This document shows positions 1 through 14,345 of a stretch of DNA of 64,000 nucleotides, piece after piece. Numbering within the stretch: the first letter of the stretch is position 1; each line of letters starts with the position of its first letter. Source of the DNA: the human T2T-CHM13v2.0 reference genome, Homo sapiens. The translations under genes were made by a program, and so were the position numbers. Under the pieces are notes generated by a model that ran no database searches, had not been told where the DNA came from, and worked only from the letters and a program-made list of their open reading frames with translations. The stretch lies in assembly GCA_009914755.4 (NCBI GenBank), contig CP068257.2, positions 22,816,001-22,880,000 on the forward strand, read 5' to 3'.

Positions 1-2739
1 ACATAAAACAACCAGCTCTTGAATTACAATATAAATTATTAAAATAAGGCTGTTTAAAAGATATAGGGGGAACAACTTATGTATGATCATGTCAAATTTT
101 ATAAATGAAAATTTTAATACTTATGTTCTTCACCTACAATGTTGTGACAATAGTGACATTTCAGAAATAAGTGTTCAAATTTTAAGTAATAAAATATGAA
201 ATATAATTAATATTGAGTACTGAAAGTTGATTCTCTGTAAATCGGTCTTCTCTGTAAATCAATCAATACCTGCAGCTGTCCAGTAGAGGAATTTTTAATT
301 AGGCATTCAGGTTGACTTAAAATATACCTGCTGGGTTGATAACTAAATCTATTCCATGTTATAAATGCTACCACATAACAAAAAACTGAGTATGATAGCT
401 TTATATTAGCGAGGCATTGGCATAAACCAGCTTTGCAAAAAGAATGTCATCATTAACGGACAGAATAATTAGGCATCTATAAAATATATTATTAGTGTCA
501 AAGTTTACTAATATCCATAAAATTAAACTTCATTTTACTCAATATATTTCACTTTAGTTATTAAAAGTGTATTCTAAAATACGTTTAATTAAATTTATTA
601 AAATTATGCTTTTAAAATTAATTCGAACTTTGAATTAAGATGTAATGGATGTCTTCAGAAAAACTGATCAAGTTTTGAGGTATTACGGCACTGTGTAAAA
701 TTATTTTTGATTTTCAAAAAAATGTGATAATAAATAGCTGTTGCAGTGTCATTTTAAAACTCTTTATCTCTTTTAGTTAACTTTGGCCTGGCTTTAGTTC
801 CAGCATCACAATAAGCCATTAATTATTCTCGGTAACAATAAATCTATGAGTAATAAAAAGGAACACATATTATTTTTTCCTGAATAATTAAATAAGATTT
901 TTAGTTGACAGTACACATTGCAATAGCTTTTTGTATCCTATTAAGATAATAGTTCAATAAATATCTAAAATGAAATAATTTAATATTGGATACATTTGAA
1001 AACTTGGATGTCAGTGAAAACGATCAGTAATCTTATTTGATATTTTAGTATCATGTAAGGGGCATATTATCTGAAATAAATTAAATGGTTTAATCAGGAG
1101 CAAATGTCATATAGAAAGTCTTACTTATTACTTCTTAAGAAAAAACGGTCTACACAGAGAAGGTAAAAGCTACTAAGGCTAATCCTGCGAAACATTGCAC
1201 AGTTAGACCATACTTGTCATGTCAGCCTATGATATAAATATAAAACTCTTACAAAATTTTCTTGCTATGTATGCTAAATATATTTTCAAATTAATCTGGT
1301 TGCATGATGTTAGTAATCACTAAAAAATGATTTTGGGAAACTAAAAGCAGAAGAACATAATATGGGATACAAATAATTGTTCTAACAAAGGTAGCTTACA
1401 GAAACACATTCAAGACTACCTTCAATAATGACAGTTTGGGAAACTAATTAATTTCAGTCCAGAATAACACATATAAAGTAAAAACAATTATTTATAAAAA
1501 TAAAATAAAATTTAAAAATAACAATTTCAACAAATTTGAAAACTCCCAAAGTGATTCATAAAAAACAGCTACTTTTTGAGGTAAGAATGGTAAGTATATG
1601 AACTTTTTGACTGAGAATATGGAAGAGGAAATTAAAACTAACTAGGAAATATTTAAAATGAGAGAACTGTAGAAGGACTAAGATAATAAGCATTCTACAA
1701 ATTCTGGGATGACTGATAAACTACTTTAACTACATAAACATGAAGAAGCCAGAATCCTCGTGAAGATTTAAAGCCTGGGAGACTTGAAAACTTGCTGTGC
1801 CTGTGAGAGCATTCTTTAATCCACATACATCTGAAATGGCAGAAAGCCTAATTGGCTTGAAGAGTCTAAGCACAGCCTTTGGAAATCATTTTCTGGCCTT
1901 TAAACCACACAAGTGCAGGATATATCTCTATGGAGACATTGACCAACAATTGTACACAGTAGGGGATGCAGGTTTGAAAATTTGAGTCTGGGCATTTTAA
2001 GTGCATTGAAAAATTAAAATCCATTTACCTTCAAAGAACAACACAAAATGTATAGTCACTAAAATGTATTTTCAAAACGCCCAGTCTTCAAAAAAAGAAT
2101 TACTAACTATGCAAAACAATAAGAAAATGTGATTCTTGTTCTGAAAAAAGCATTCAACATAAAATGACTTCAGTTAGACTGAGATATCAGACTTAGCAAA
2201 CAAATGCTTCATCAATTTCCTAAATATATTAATTAACAGAATTAAAATAATATATGCTTAAAATAAGTGAACAGGTAGAAAATCTCAATGAAATCAAATA
2301 AAATTAATCTTAAAGAAAATTTGAAGTAAAAAATATGATAATGTCATATTTATTAGAGAGATCTAATTCAAATTCAAGATGCAGATGAAGGAATATGTAT
2401 ATGAGAAATATAAGACCACTAGATGCACAATAGGGTCTTAATAAATGTATTTATTGCAAGCATGAATGAATAAATAAAGACCTAAGGAATTTTATGGAAG
2501 TAGTTATAGACTGAGTAAGCACACTATTTTACTTAGATTCTATATCATCGTATGTATATTCATGGAGTTGAGACTGTAACTAATGGTACTCAAGCCACCA
2601 CCAAGCCCTACTTACTTTGTCAGTTGCACAGAGAAGAAACCAGCCCTAATGTCTATCCATTTCTCTCCTCAAGGCAACTACTATCATCAATTTCATAGTT
2701 ATGTTTCAACATAATTCAATGTATGTGCCTTCATCTAAG

Positions 2740-3300
2740 GTTATTTTCTTTAGCTTTGTTGTAGTATAATTTACATACAAGAAAATCCACTCATGTTATG
2801 TATCCAGTTGGACGAGTTTTGGTAAAACTATAAGAAATGTAACCACTACCACTATATAGCTTTAGAAAACTTTCTGTCTCCCCCAGATGTTCTTTCATGT
2901 TGTTTTGCTTTCAATTTGTCCTCTGATCCTTGGCCACTGGCAATGACTAGATTTCTGACACTATAGTTATGCCTCTTAAACAATTTCATATAAATGGAAT
3001 CATACTGTATGTCCTTTTTGAGGCTTGTTTCTTTTACTTATCATTAGTTTATTTTTAGAGGTTTCAAGGTTGCTGTATCAGTATCTTGCTTATTTTTTAT
3101 TTGCCGGGCAGTATTTCATTGCATGCAAACACCAAGGTTTGCCTATCCATTTATCATTTTGACATTTTAGCTTATTCCTTTTGGGACTCTCATGAATAAA
3201 GTTTCTATGAGTATTAATTTACAAGTGTGTGTGGACATACAATTTTATTTCTCTTGAGTGTACACATAGAGTAGAAATACTTAGTCATTCGGTAATTGAA
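2740..3300 (-). mobile_element. Old LINE-1 (L1MA/L1MB-like) 3'-end fragment, antisense on + strand
   Basis: T-rich antisense text. It matches the characteristic L1M 3'UTR and ORF2 C-terminus antisense run (tgtagtataatttacatac...ggaatcatactgtatg...ggacatacaattttatttctcttgag). It is 5'-truncated. Confidence 0.5.
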
Positions 3301-5798
3301 GGTTTAAATTAAAATCAAAACAAAACAAAAATGACTGTACCATTTTGCATGTGAAAAAAATAACATTTGCATTTTGACAAGTGGAATATGGAAGCTTAAA
3401 AGAAAGACACCCAACTTTCTAAGGTAGGTTCTGACAGTTTATTGGATTAGTTAAGCTGGGCAACTGGAGCCGATGAGGTCTGGGCATGACTAAGTTATCA
3501 CTGAAGGTTTGCATCATTCTACTATTTGCAGTACGTTGATAGTGCCCTCAGTTAAACGATGCATGAATCAAAGTTAACAAAGTTGTCCCATTACACATCA
3601 GTCAAATTAGCTGATGAAATGGTGTATTCATGAGAAAACTTTCCAGAAGCCAAAACAGTGGGGAAATAAGGGAAAAATTTTGGAGAGGGAGTGTAAATTT
3701 TCCATGGGTCTCTCGCACTACTGCCTGTTTTCTGAGCAAGGGACATTAACAACTTTATTCCAGATTGTCTTTTTAAGAATATTTTGTATATCAAACACTT
3801 TTGAGAGATGTAAGTAAAATTTTCCTTACTCGTGTCTTTCAGGAGGGCAGATTTGTTTCCTGACCAGGATTATAAAGATGATACTCCTGTTCAGGGAAAA
3901 ATTTGAGCCGGTTTTCAGCAACACACTTATAAGGCTATGGGCTTCCAAAGCTAAGGTTCCTCAGCTGTGACATAAATTCATTGTGTTTTCTGTATCATCC
4001 TGTACTACTTCACATCAGCCTCATGGTCCTCAGGGAAAGGGGAGTAGTTGCAAATGTATGCTACCTACTGTGCTGTGAGGGAAAAAAAATGCCTTTGGCT
4101 CTAAACCAGGAGGCCGTGTCTTCTGCCAGCATCTATAAAGCTGTGACACACTAACTCACAAGCTTACAGATAAAGTAAGTTTTCAGACCCTTCACTGATC
4201 TTGACATATTGGTATCCCTAAACATACCTTCCAACGTAGAGAGATAGATGCTAACATGCAATCAATACTGGTATTTAAAGTAAGAGATGCACTTATGAAA
4301 AAGAATAATGCAATATAAAGAGGACAGAGAAACGGTGGTGGATGCTGTTTTATCTAAGGTGTTTCAACACTGAAATAGACTTAAAGGAAGTGAGAACATG
4401 AGCTATGAGAATGATGCAAACAGATGGCTGCATTGTTTGTGTAAACCCTCAAATTACTTCAGTTGTAAATATTTTATAGTTCGCGTTTTTAAATCATTTC
4501 CATGTATAAGCATTCTCAAAGAAAAATCCTAAAATTAAACTTAGTGAAATAAAATAAAACAGGAAATGTGATAAAAGTGAAAATGAACGAACGTAAATCT
4601 CCTGCAAAGACTCTCTGATCCTTGGAGCTCACAAACTTTAGCTCTCAGTGTCCTTTCCTCTTTAGTCCATATACCCAGCAATGGCCGAGCACCTTCTGTA
4701 TCCTTGAGGTATCTTAATGCTTTTATGAGAGTCTGGGGTCTGTCAACTTCTCCTTTTTCTTTTTTGTAATTCCTATATTAAATTCAGTAAGGGAGTCAGA
4801 AACTCATGATATATGCCATCATATTTCTGTTTCTCTTTTGATATTGAGAATGATTTCTATTTTTTTTATATTTATTCTCTGTAAATACCCTCAAATTATT
4901 TGAGGACGATCACAGAATGGTGACATGAAACAATGACCTGTCAAATATCTGTGTTAAAATTAGACTTCTTAAGTATTTTGATTTAATGTGGCCTTACATT
5001 TTCTTTATTATGAAAAGTTTATTTGTCATTTAACAAATGAAACGTGAGGTTATGCATACAGCCAACATCACATTTACATATATGCACCCACACACATAAA
5101 CTTTCCTCATTCAGAAGAACGATCAGGTCAAACTGAAATATTTGTAATATTATTGTAAACTAGGAAAGTAACACTTGGTTCATTCCGATAAGATAATGAA
5201 TAAACATAATGCTATAGTTTTCCAACTTGTCGCCAATCCTATAATATTCATCCACCTTGTGATGCAACTGTTGGGAAGTGTTACCATGTTCAAAGGTTGT
5301 CATATATATTTTAAATATATATATTCAAATATAAAAATATGTATAAGTATACATATATATTCAAAAATAAATACACATATAAATATTACTATAAATACAT
5401 ACTCGGAGTACCATATTTGTAATTGTAAAAGCATGTTGCTGTCAACAACAAATAAAGATAGATACCTAATTCTAAGTCAGCTATTGGGTAGCTATTAAAT
5501 CCCTAAGAGAGGGTCTGATTCCAGATAGCTCTGTAACTGGGTCCTCTTTGTGGTCATTCACTGAAAGAGAATAGTAAATGGCATAGTATTCTACAGAAAC
5601 ACAAAGATAAAGTAAAATGACTGAGCCATAATACATAGGAAAGAATAGCTTTAGTTTGTTGGAGGCTAAGAAGAAATAGCTACAAAGGAGAAATACTGGA
5701 AGGGAGAAAATTGAATTGGTGTCTTTTGTGAAGAGAGCAAGATGCAGTTTGTGTTATATCCTGAAGGTTATTCTGGTTGCTGCATGATAACTTATTCT

Positions 5799-5925
5799 GT
5801 GTGATATAAGGATGCAGGGTTTTTGTTGATGTTTTATAGTCTTTTTATTGCTCTTCCTGTGTGGTATAAGGATGCAGGGTTTTTGTTGATGTTTTATAGT
5901 CTTTTTATTGCTCTTCCTGTGTGGT
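5799..5925. repeat. Tandem duplication: 60-bp unit x ~2.1 copies (gtgtgRtataaggatgcagggtttttgttgatgttttatagtctttttattgctcttcct)
   Basis: Copy 1 is 5799-5858 and copy 2 is 5859-5918. They are identical except for one A/G difference. A partial third unit follows. The internally repeated peptide in ORF-track entry 5754..5963 (-) comes from this. Confidence 0.9.
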
Positions 5926-6418
5926 TTAAATAAAGTCATAATTACTGAAGTAAAGCTGAACATTTTAGAATTTTGTCTGACAATCGGAAAAGCCTAGCAA
6001 ACGTTGCCTAGCAAGGATAAGGTTGTATGAGTTTGGAAAAACAGGGAAATTTCAGGTTATATTTCAAAAGTAAACATGTATCTATGAGCATGTAGTAAAC
6101 CATACTGAAACAAATACTTTTTATTCAAAATCCCAAGCCTGTAATTCATTAAACATTGCCTAATTCTACAAAGACACAGATAGTCGTATATTGGAAATAA
6201 AGAAACAGCAATGGAGGTGTATAACTTATTAATCAAATATAAAATCTGAGGAAGTAACCAAACTCTGTGTATATGAGTTTGTATGTATACATCTATTCCG
6301 GAAGCAGAGTGCTTTCATGACCTTAGCACAGTGCTGGGTGTAAGATGACAAGGTGACAGTGAGAGAGGAAAGTAATGTATTCTTTAATAATTTTTAGCAA
6401 TGCTAATTTTTGTGATAG

Positions 6419-6748
<330 letters not shown>

Positions 6749-7099
6749 TGATATGGTTTGTCTCTGTGTTCTCACAGAAATCTCGTCTTGAATTGTAATC
6801 CCCATGTGTTGAGGGAGGGAGGTGAGTGGAATATGGGGCAATTTCTCCCATGCTGTTCTCATGATAGTGAGTGAGTTCTCACAAGATCTGATGGTTTTAT
6901 AAGGGGCTCTTCCCCCTTCGCTCTTCACACACTCTCACACCTCCTGCTAGGTAAGGTGTGCCTACTTCCTCTTCTGCCATGATTGTAAGTTTCCTGAGGC
7001 CTCCCAGCCATATGGAACTGAGTCAATTAAACCTCTATTATTTATAGTTACCCAGTCTCAGATAGTATCTTTATAGCAGTATGAGAATAAACTAATATA
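6749..7099 (+). mobile_element. MaLR LTR (THE1/MST-family-like) 5' LTR
   Basis: Starts tgatatggtttg..tcttgaattgtaatccccatgtgttgagggaggg. Ends ...ttacccagtctcagatagtatctttatagcagtatgagaataaactaatata. This is the canonical THE1/MST LTR architecture. Confidence 0.6.
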
Positions 7100-7600
7100 G
7101 TCAATTGGCACTGCAGAGAGTGGGGTGCTGCTATAAAGATACCAAAAAATGTGGAAGTGACTTTGGAACTGGGTAACAGGGAGAGATTGAACCGTTTGGA
7201 AGGCACAGAGGACATAGGGAGATGTGGGAAAGTTTGAAACTTCCTAGCGATGTCTTGAATGGTTTTGACCAAAATGCTGATATTAATATGGACAATGAAG
7301 TCCAGGCTGAGGTGATCTCAGATGGAGAAGACGAACTTGTTGGTAACTGGAGTAAAGTTCACTTTTGCTGTGCTTTAGCAAAGAGACTCTTGGCATTTTG
7401 CCCCTGCCCTAGAGATCTGTGTAACACTGAACTTGAGAGAGATGATTTGAAATTGGAACTTATGTTTAAAAGGGAAGCAAACTTCAAAAGTTTGGAAAAT
7501 TTGCAGCCTGATGATGTGAAAGAATAAGAGCTCCAACTTTCCCTGCAGTAGGATGTCCCAAGGTGTTCCAGGATTAAAGCATCAGCAAAGTGTTTTTGTC
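7100..7600 (+). mobile_element. MaLR (THE1/MST-type) internal region remnant downstream of its LTR
   Basis: Matches the MaLR internal consensus (aaaaatgtggaagtgactttggaactgggtaa...gcattttgcccctgccctagagatct...gaacttatgtttaaaagggaagca...aaaagtttggaaaatttgcagcctga). ORF-track entry 7222..7527 lies inside and is a retroelement remnant, not a gene. Confidence 0.5.
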
Positions 7601-9066
7601 TCTTAATCAAGCTATACCTTTCACCTTAATGTTTGACAATACTAAACAGATACTTTTGTTCTACCTGTATAGGTTTTTTTGTCTTCATTTTTAAACTGAT
7701 TTAGAATTCTTGTAAGGTGAAAGAATGCTGGTTATGCCCCCCAGATTTCTTGTAATTATCTACTCTTCCACTAGCCCTGAAAGTAGAAAGTACATACTTG
7801 TATGTATATCACATATAAGTTGAGTGTGCTTACTGATCAAATAGCTCCCACATCAGTGTGATTCTAAATGTTAAAATCTTTTTAAATCAACTCATAGCCC
7901 TACAGCTTTCCATATGTATTGTTATTAAGCTTTACCACTCTTTTGATGTAATTATTTGTACACATACTTGTCACCCAGTTGTCTTCCCCTTTAAGACAGA
8001 TAACTAATAAAAATACTGGTTCTCTCACTCATGTTTTCATTAGTAAAGTAACTGACACATAACCATGACATAAAAAAAACCACCACCACCACCAAACATT
8101 TGATGAACCAATTACCAGGATGCACAAAAAAGTAGAAACTGAGTTATGTTTATGAAGAAAAGTGGTCATAGGCACCATCAAATGCATACGGGAGCATGAC
8201 CATAAATCTGATGTAATACTAATGGCACAGGCATAGCTACAAATATTCCTGAAAGAGACTGGCCTTTGGGTGAAATAGGAAGAGCATGCCAAGCTAAACA
8301 GTAAAACTCAGGGAGTGATAACACTTAAAAGTGGAGTCAATTTGGCATTCCAAATATTAAGATTCTAATTTTGTAGGCATCCTTTACCCTAATGAAATCT
8401 CCCACCTAAACTTTCTTTTTCATTTATTATTGTTGTCGTTGAGAGTTTGAATATGAGGTTCAGACTTATATCATTTATTGTTTGCATGTAGACGTCTTTT
8501 TATAGGTTTTTATTCTATCTAGCATAACTTTATCTCAAGTGCAATATTATAAAACACACTACTGTTTACAACCTATAACCTTGGTCTTCTCTAATTGATA
8601 GAGGCACAAGGACCTTCAGAGCCCATTTTGCCTTCACTCAGAGGCCCTTACAGATCTATTAAGAATTACAAGGCACAATATGAAAAAAAGAACCCCCTGG
8701 TGTATTTCAGGGAATGTCGAAAAAAATTCTCTTATATTCAACCCACAGCCTGTTTTATGTTTTATTTATTGCTAAGAAGTCTCTTTCCATATGTCTAGAC
8801 GTTGAATATTTTTTAAAGTTCCACATCAACACTGCATCTTTATCTAAGATTAGTATACCATGTTCTGATTGCTGAGGCATTAAACTGTTTTCAATTCTAG
8901 AAAAATGGAGGTATACTGTTATTTTCATTAGCTTTCTCCATGGTACTATTTGGATTATATTTAAATTGTTCTCAGTTGGCTCGATGACAGCAGAAATGCC
9001 AAGATTTTGAACAAAAATAACTAGTCTGACAGTTTCATATTCAACTTACGAAGCAATTGATGATTT

Positions 9067-9403
<337 letters not shown>

Positions 9404-10081
9404 TTATGTTTGTACTTGGAAAATGTATCTTCTAATCCAGAAGGCCTATTGAATGTGTGAGTATTGTGTTTTATATGCAGATCACAAAGTGTAAATGAAT
9501 AGCTGATTTACACTTAGGCTGATATTAATATTACCATTATGCCATTTAAAATCAAAGCTAGCATAATTCATGAGAAATCATACATTAAGTTAACAACAGT
9601 CTGGAAACAATGGATTCACCTTTTAACAAGGTACACATTTAAATATAGTTTTAAAAATTTGATTGGTACACTGTAAAAACACAGTAACATATAAAGAAAT
9701 AGAGAAATGTGTGAAAAGCTCATAAACTACAAAAGTGCTGATGATAAAAAACTTAATTAAAAATTCAAAATGTAGATGAAAATATAAAATTAAATTAAAA
9801 GCTCTTCTCAGCCCTCACTCCAAATTTTTCTTCCCCAAATTAATCATAGTTACTAGTGGGCTTTTTATTCTAGGAGAAAATATTTTATCTGTCTACCAAC
9901 ATGTATACATGTCTGAAGGATATTTAATTTTTGATTACAAAAATGGATTATATTTATCAGGGCTCTGTTAAAAAAGCAAAATATCATTAAGTGTTGCTTA
10001 GTCAGTACCCAGTAAAAATCTTCATATGAGCTTTCACATGTATGTGCTTCCACAGTATATTTGGGGTTTTTCAACCCTTTA

Positions 10082-10387
<306 letters not shown>

Positions 10388-10399
10388 TGCAGAAACAAA

Positions 10400-11400
10400 G
10401 GAACTTGAGTAACCTGCTCACAGTCACAAAATCAGGGTATGTTAGCATTCATATTGTCAATTTCAACAAATGGTGCTGGGACATTTGATTATCTGCACGC
10501 AGAAAGATGAACTTAAACCCTTACTTGTCTCATACAACACACAGAAACTAACCCAAAATGGGTGATATATTTAAATTTGAGAGCTTATATTAAAAATTTT
10601 AGGAGAAAATGTGGAAAGACATCTTTCAGATTTGGGTTAGGTAATAGTTTCTTAAATTTGATACTGAGAACATGATCTGTTAAACAAACAAAACATAATT
10701 TGGACTTTATCAAAATTCAAAACTTTTCCATCTCAAAAGACAGTATTAAGAAAATAAAACTATAAGCAAGGGGCTAGGAGACTATGTTTGTGAAGTACAA
10801 AGATACATATATCTGACAAAGGATTGTTATCTAGGATATACAATAAACTCTTGAAACTCCATGAGAAAATAACCAACCTAATTTTAGAATGGACAAATAT
10901 AAAAGTAGACATTTTATTAACTAAGGTATATAAATTACTAATAAGAGATTTATATTACCAGTAAAAGCATCTTTAGTCATCAAGGAAATGTAAATTTCAA
11001 ACATAGATACCATTTCATACATACTATTAGGTTGGGGCAAAAGTGATTGCACTTTTTGCCATTACTTCCAAAGGTAAAAACCGCAATCACTTTTGCACCA
11101 AACTAATAGTATGTCTAGTTAAAAAAAAAAAGAAATCAGAAATAACAAATATTGGTGAGGATGTGAAAAATAAGGATTTTTAATATGTTGCTGGCGGAAA
11201 TGAAAACTGTGGGAATTTTGGAAAACAGTCTCTTGAATGACAAACTAGTCGGTGGGGGCTGAAACTACATTTTATGGACAACGTGTGGAAAAAAAATGCG
11301 ACCATCAAAAAATGTGACTTACATGTAAATTCATGGTGCATTTTGCTAAAAATGATGGTATAAATATTTGAAACATTGTTTATTTTATTGATCTAACAAA
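10400..11400 (+). mobile_element. Old LINE-1 (L1MB/L1MC-like) ORF2 C-terminal/3' region, sense strand, decayed
   Basis: Matches the L1M consensus (ttcaacaaatggtgctggg...aaaattcaaaacttttc...atatctgacaaagg...atgtaaatttcaaacatagataccatttcatac...ggtgaggatgtgaaaaataagga). It is interrupted by MADE1 at 11027-11106. The right boundary is uncertain. Confidence 0.5.
11027..11106. mobile_element. MADE1 (Hsmar1-derived mariner MITE, 80 bp palindromic)
   Basis: ttaggttggggcaaaagtgattgcactttttgccatt...aaaaaccgcaatcacttttgcaccaaactaa. Terminal inverted repeats with a near-perfect hairpin. Flanked by a TA dinucleotide on both sides. Inserted inside the old L1. Confidence 0.75.
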
Positions 11401-13674
11401 TGTTCATAGACAAATTTTAGAACAAAACGCAATTTGTAAATGAGAACTCTGAGAACTAACAGATTTACTACTTCAAAGAACAATGTTTTCTGTGATTCAG
11501 ATCCATTCCCCAAAAAGTCCAAAGTTGAAAACCAATATAAATGAAAATATATAATTTACTAAACAATAATTTAGCCAAATATTTACATTTATTATAATGA
11601 ATAGAAGGAAAATAAAGTATCATTAGAAAACAATCAGAAATAACTCTATGAGAACTGTCTTGAAACTTTTGTTGTGCAATGGATATAGAAATAGTGTAAC
11701 ATAACCCTCAAAATGAGGATATCAATTTCAGACAGCCCTTCTTCAGAGGCTTCACATATACTTTCTTTGAATTTTGCTTTAATTACCTTAAAATATGCAT
11801 TGGGGAACTTTCCATGTATCACATTCCGGTGTATTTCATTCATTTTTAATGGCTACAAATTATTTCATCTTGTGCATGAATTACCACATATTAAAATAGT
11901 TTCCTACTAATGAATATAAATGTCATTTCCTACTATTTTATTTCAAATGTAACCAATAGTAAATACATTATACCTATAGCCTAACATTTTCTTAAGTCCT
12001 CCTGAAGAGTAAAGTCCTAAGGTTGGAATTTGTGAAAGAAATGTAACATGTGCATAACCTTTTAAATTAACACTTTCACATTTTCCTCCAAAAATTTTTT
12101 AACAATTATGTTATCAGCTATGTCTTTTATTAGTTATTTCATATTCCTGTAAATAGGATAGGATTTATACTTACCCACTGTGTTGTCAATGGGAGAGCTA
12201 GTCTCTCTTGTGGGGTCTTTAAGATAATCACTTCAGTGTAACTGCAGAAATTACACTCCGAGAGGCATATGAAATTGAAGGATTTATTATACTCACAGGT
12301 CCTAGGGAGGGAAGCACGGCAAGTCCAGAGGGCCACACAAAGTCACGGCAAGCAGAGAGAAAATGGAGTAAGGACCCCTGGGCTAGTTCCTTTATTGAGG
12401 CTAATAGCAGGGGTAGTTTGTGGCACATGGGGGGCACTCTATCTGAGTAATTTGAATGTAGCTGGGTCAACATGAAAGGAGGAACTGATAAAATGGGGAA
12501 GTCATCATGAGGCTTGGCACTTGAAGACACATGTTGGAGACGGGTACCCAGAAATGGGCAATACGTCTGTAATAGTTCAAAGCAAGAATGGCAGGTGCTG
12601 GCACTCAGGAAGCCATCGAGGCAACAAATAACAACTTCACATTACACCTACCTCTCCGCCAATATTGCAAAAAGCTTGTAATGCAAACTGTGAACATTGT
12701 TTTCCAAGCTGTTGCTTGAAAAATGTCATTTTTTAAATTTTACTGTTCTATAATTTTGAATGATATCTCTTCTTATTTATTTCTTTTCATGTCTTTTCTG
12801 CAATTTTCTAGTGTTAATCATTTTCAGTTTATCAACTTTTCCAGTCTTGTGTATTTAATGCACAGGACCAATTTTTAAATATTTGATGAATTCAAGTGTG
12901 ACTAATGAATACTAAAATATACTATTGTATTGGCATCATTACTTGGTCTAATAGGCTAGTATTTGAATCTACTGGTGAATTATAACCTCACAATCTAAGA
13001 CTGTGTGGTAAATTTTTGCTGAATCCTATTTATTGTTAAATGAAACTTTTGGACAAACTCTAAGCTCTGTGTTCTTGTAAACCTGTTGTCACGATAAATA
13101 AAAAATATTAATCTCAACATTATTTGCTGATATAACAGCTAGCTTGCATTCTGAGTGAGATAAGAGAATCAGTAAGTAAAAGAATTTGAAAAAACTGTAT
13201 GTGCCATGTGAAGTCATGGATGGATTTAGGGCAAAGAGTAGCAACTAAGACAGAAATAACTGGGCTTCAAGGGATCTCAAATTAAGTCAAAGAGAATATT
13301 AAGAGGCTTTTTGAGAAAGACATCAGATGTTTGTAGTACAAGGGAGGAAGCCAGCAATCTTCGATTTTCCTCCAGTTTTGCTGTTGATTCACTTATTATT
13401 TAAAATCTATTCCTCTTAACATTCTGTCTTCAGGTTCCTCTGACCAGGAAAAGAGAAGGAAGTGTGGTTTGGGGGCCTAGAAAATCAACCTTTGTTCTCC
13501 CCTTTACCTATCAAGGTGACTTATAGAAGCTTAGGACAATGTAAAATGAGTTTAAATCCAAATTATTCAACTATATAATATTAAAATCAGAGATTTTGAT
13601 TTTAACCATCTGTAATTTGTTAGATCCAATGACAGTTTAGCTATCTCTAAAAATTGGATATTTTTTAACTTTCA

Positions 13675-14345
13675 TTTTAAGTTTAGAGGGTTACATGTGC
13701 AGATTGATTACTTGGATAAATTGTCTGTCCCTGGAGGTTGATGTACAAATGATCCCATCACCCAGGTAGAGAGCATAGTACGTGATAGGTAGTTTTTCTA
13801 CCTTCCCACTTCTCCAACCCTCCTCCTTCAAGTAGACCCCATGTCTATTGTTCCTATCTTCATATCCATGTGTACTCGGTGTTTAGCTCCAACTTACAAG
13901 TGAGAACAAACAGTATTTGGTTTTCTGTTTGTGTATTCATTTGCTTAGGATAGTGGCCTCCAGCTCTATTCATGTTGCTGCAAAAGACATGATTTCTTTT
14001 CTTTTAAATGGATGCATAGTATTCCATGGTGAATATGTACCATATTTTCTTCATCTGGTCCACCATTGATGGGCATCTAGGTTGATTCCAGTCTTTGTTG
14101 TTGCAAATAGTGCTGCTATGAACATAGAAGTGCATGTATCTTTTTGGTGGAATAACTTATATTCCTTTGGGTAGATACTTAGTAATGAGTTTGCTGGGTC
14201 AATTCTGTTTTAAGTTCTTTGAGAAATCTCCAAACTACTTTCCAAAGTTGCTGAACTAATATACATTCCCGTCAGTTAACAACTGTTTTTTTTGTTTTTT
14301 ACTTTTTAATAATAGCCATTCTGATTGGTGTGAGATGGATTTAAA
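13675..14345 (-). mobile_element. LINE-1 (L1PA/L1PB-like) 3'-end fragment, antisense, 5'-truncated
   Basis: Antisense L1 3'UTR and ORF2 end (gggttacatgtgcagattgattac...gtgagaacaaacagtatttggttttctg...atgcatagtattccatggtg...ccattctgattggtgtgagatgg). Confidence 0.7.

Noticed and set aside
7222-7527. 101-aa acidic ORF (MWESLKLPSDVLNGFDQNADINMDNEVQAEVISDGEDELVGNW…) as a possible small gene
   Set aside because: The underlying DNA aligns to the MaLR (THE1/MST) internal consensus immediately downstream of its LTR. It is a retroelement remnant present in thousands of genomic copies.
12180-12600. Possible LTR or unclassified repeat (tgtggggtctttaagataatcac…gggtacccagaaatgggcaatacgtctg)
   Set aside because: I could not match it to any repeat consensus I know, and there is no second copy in the window. 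I left it unannotated rather than guess.
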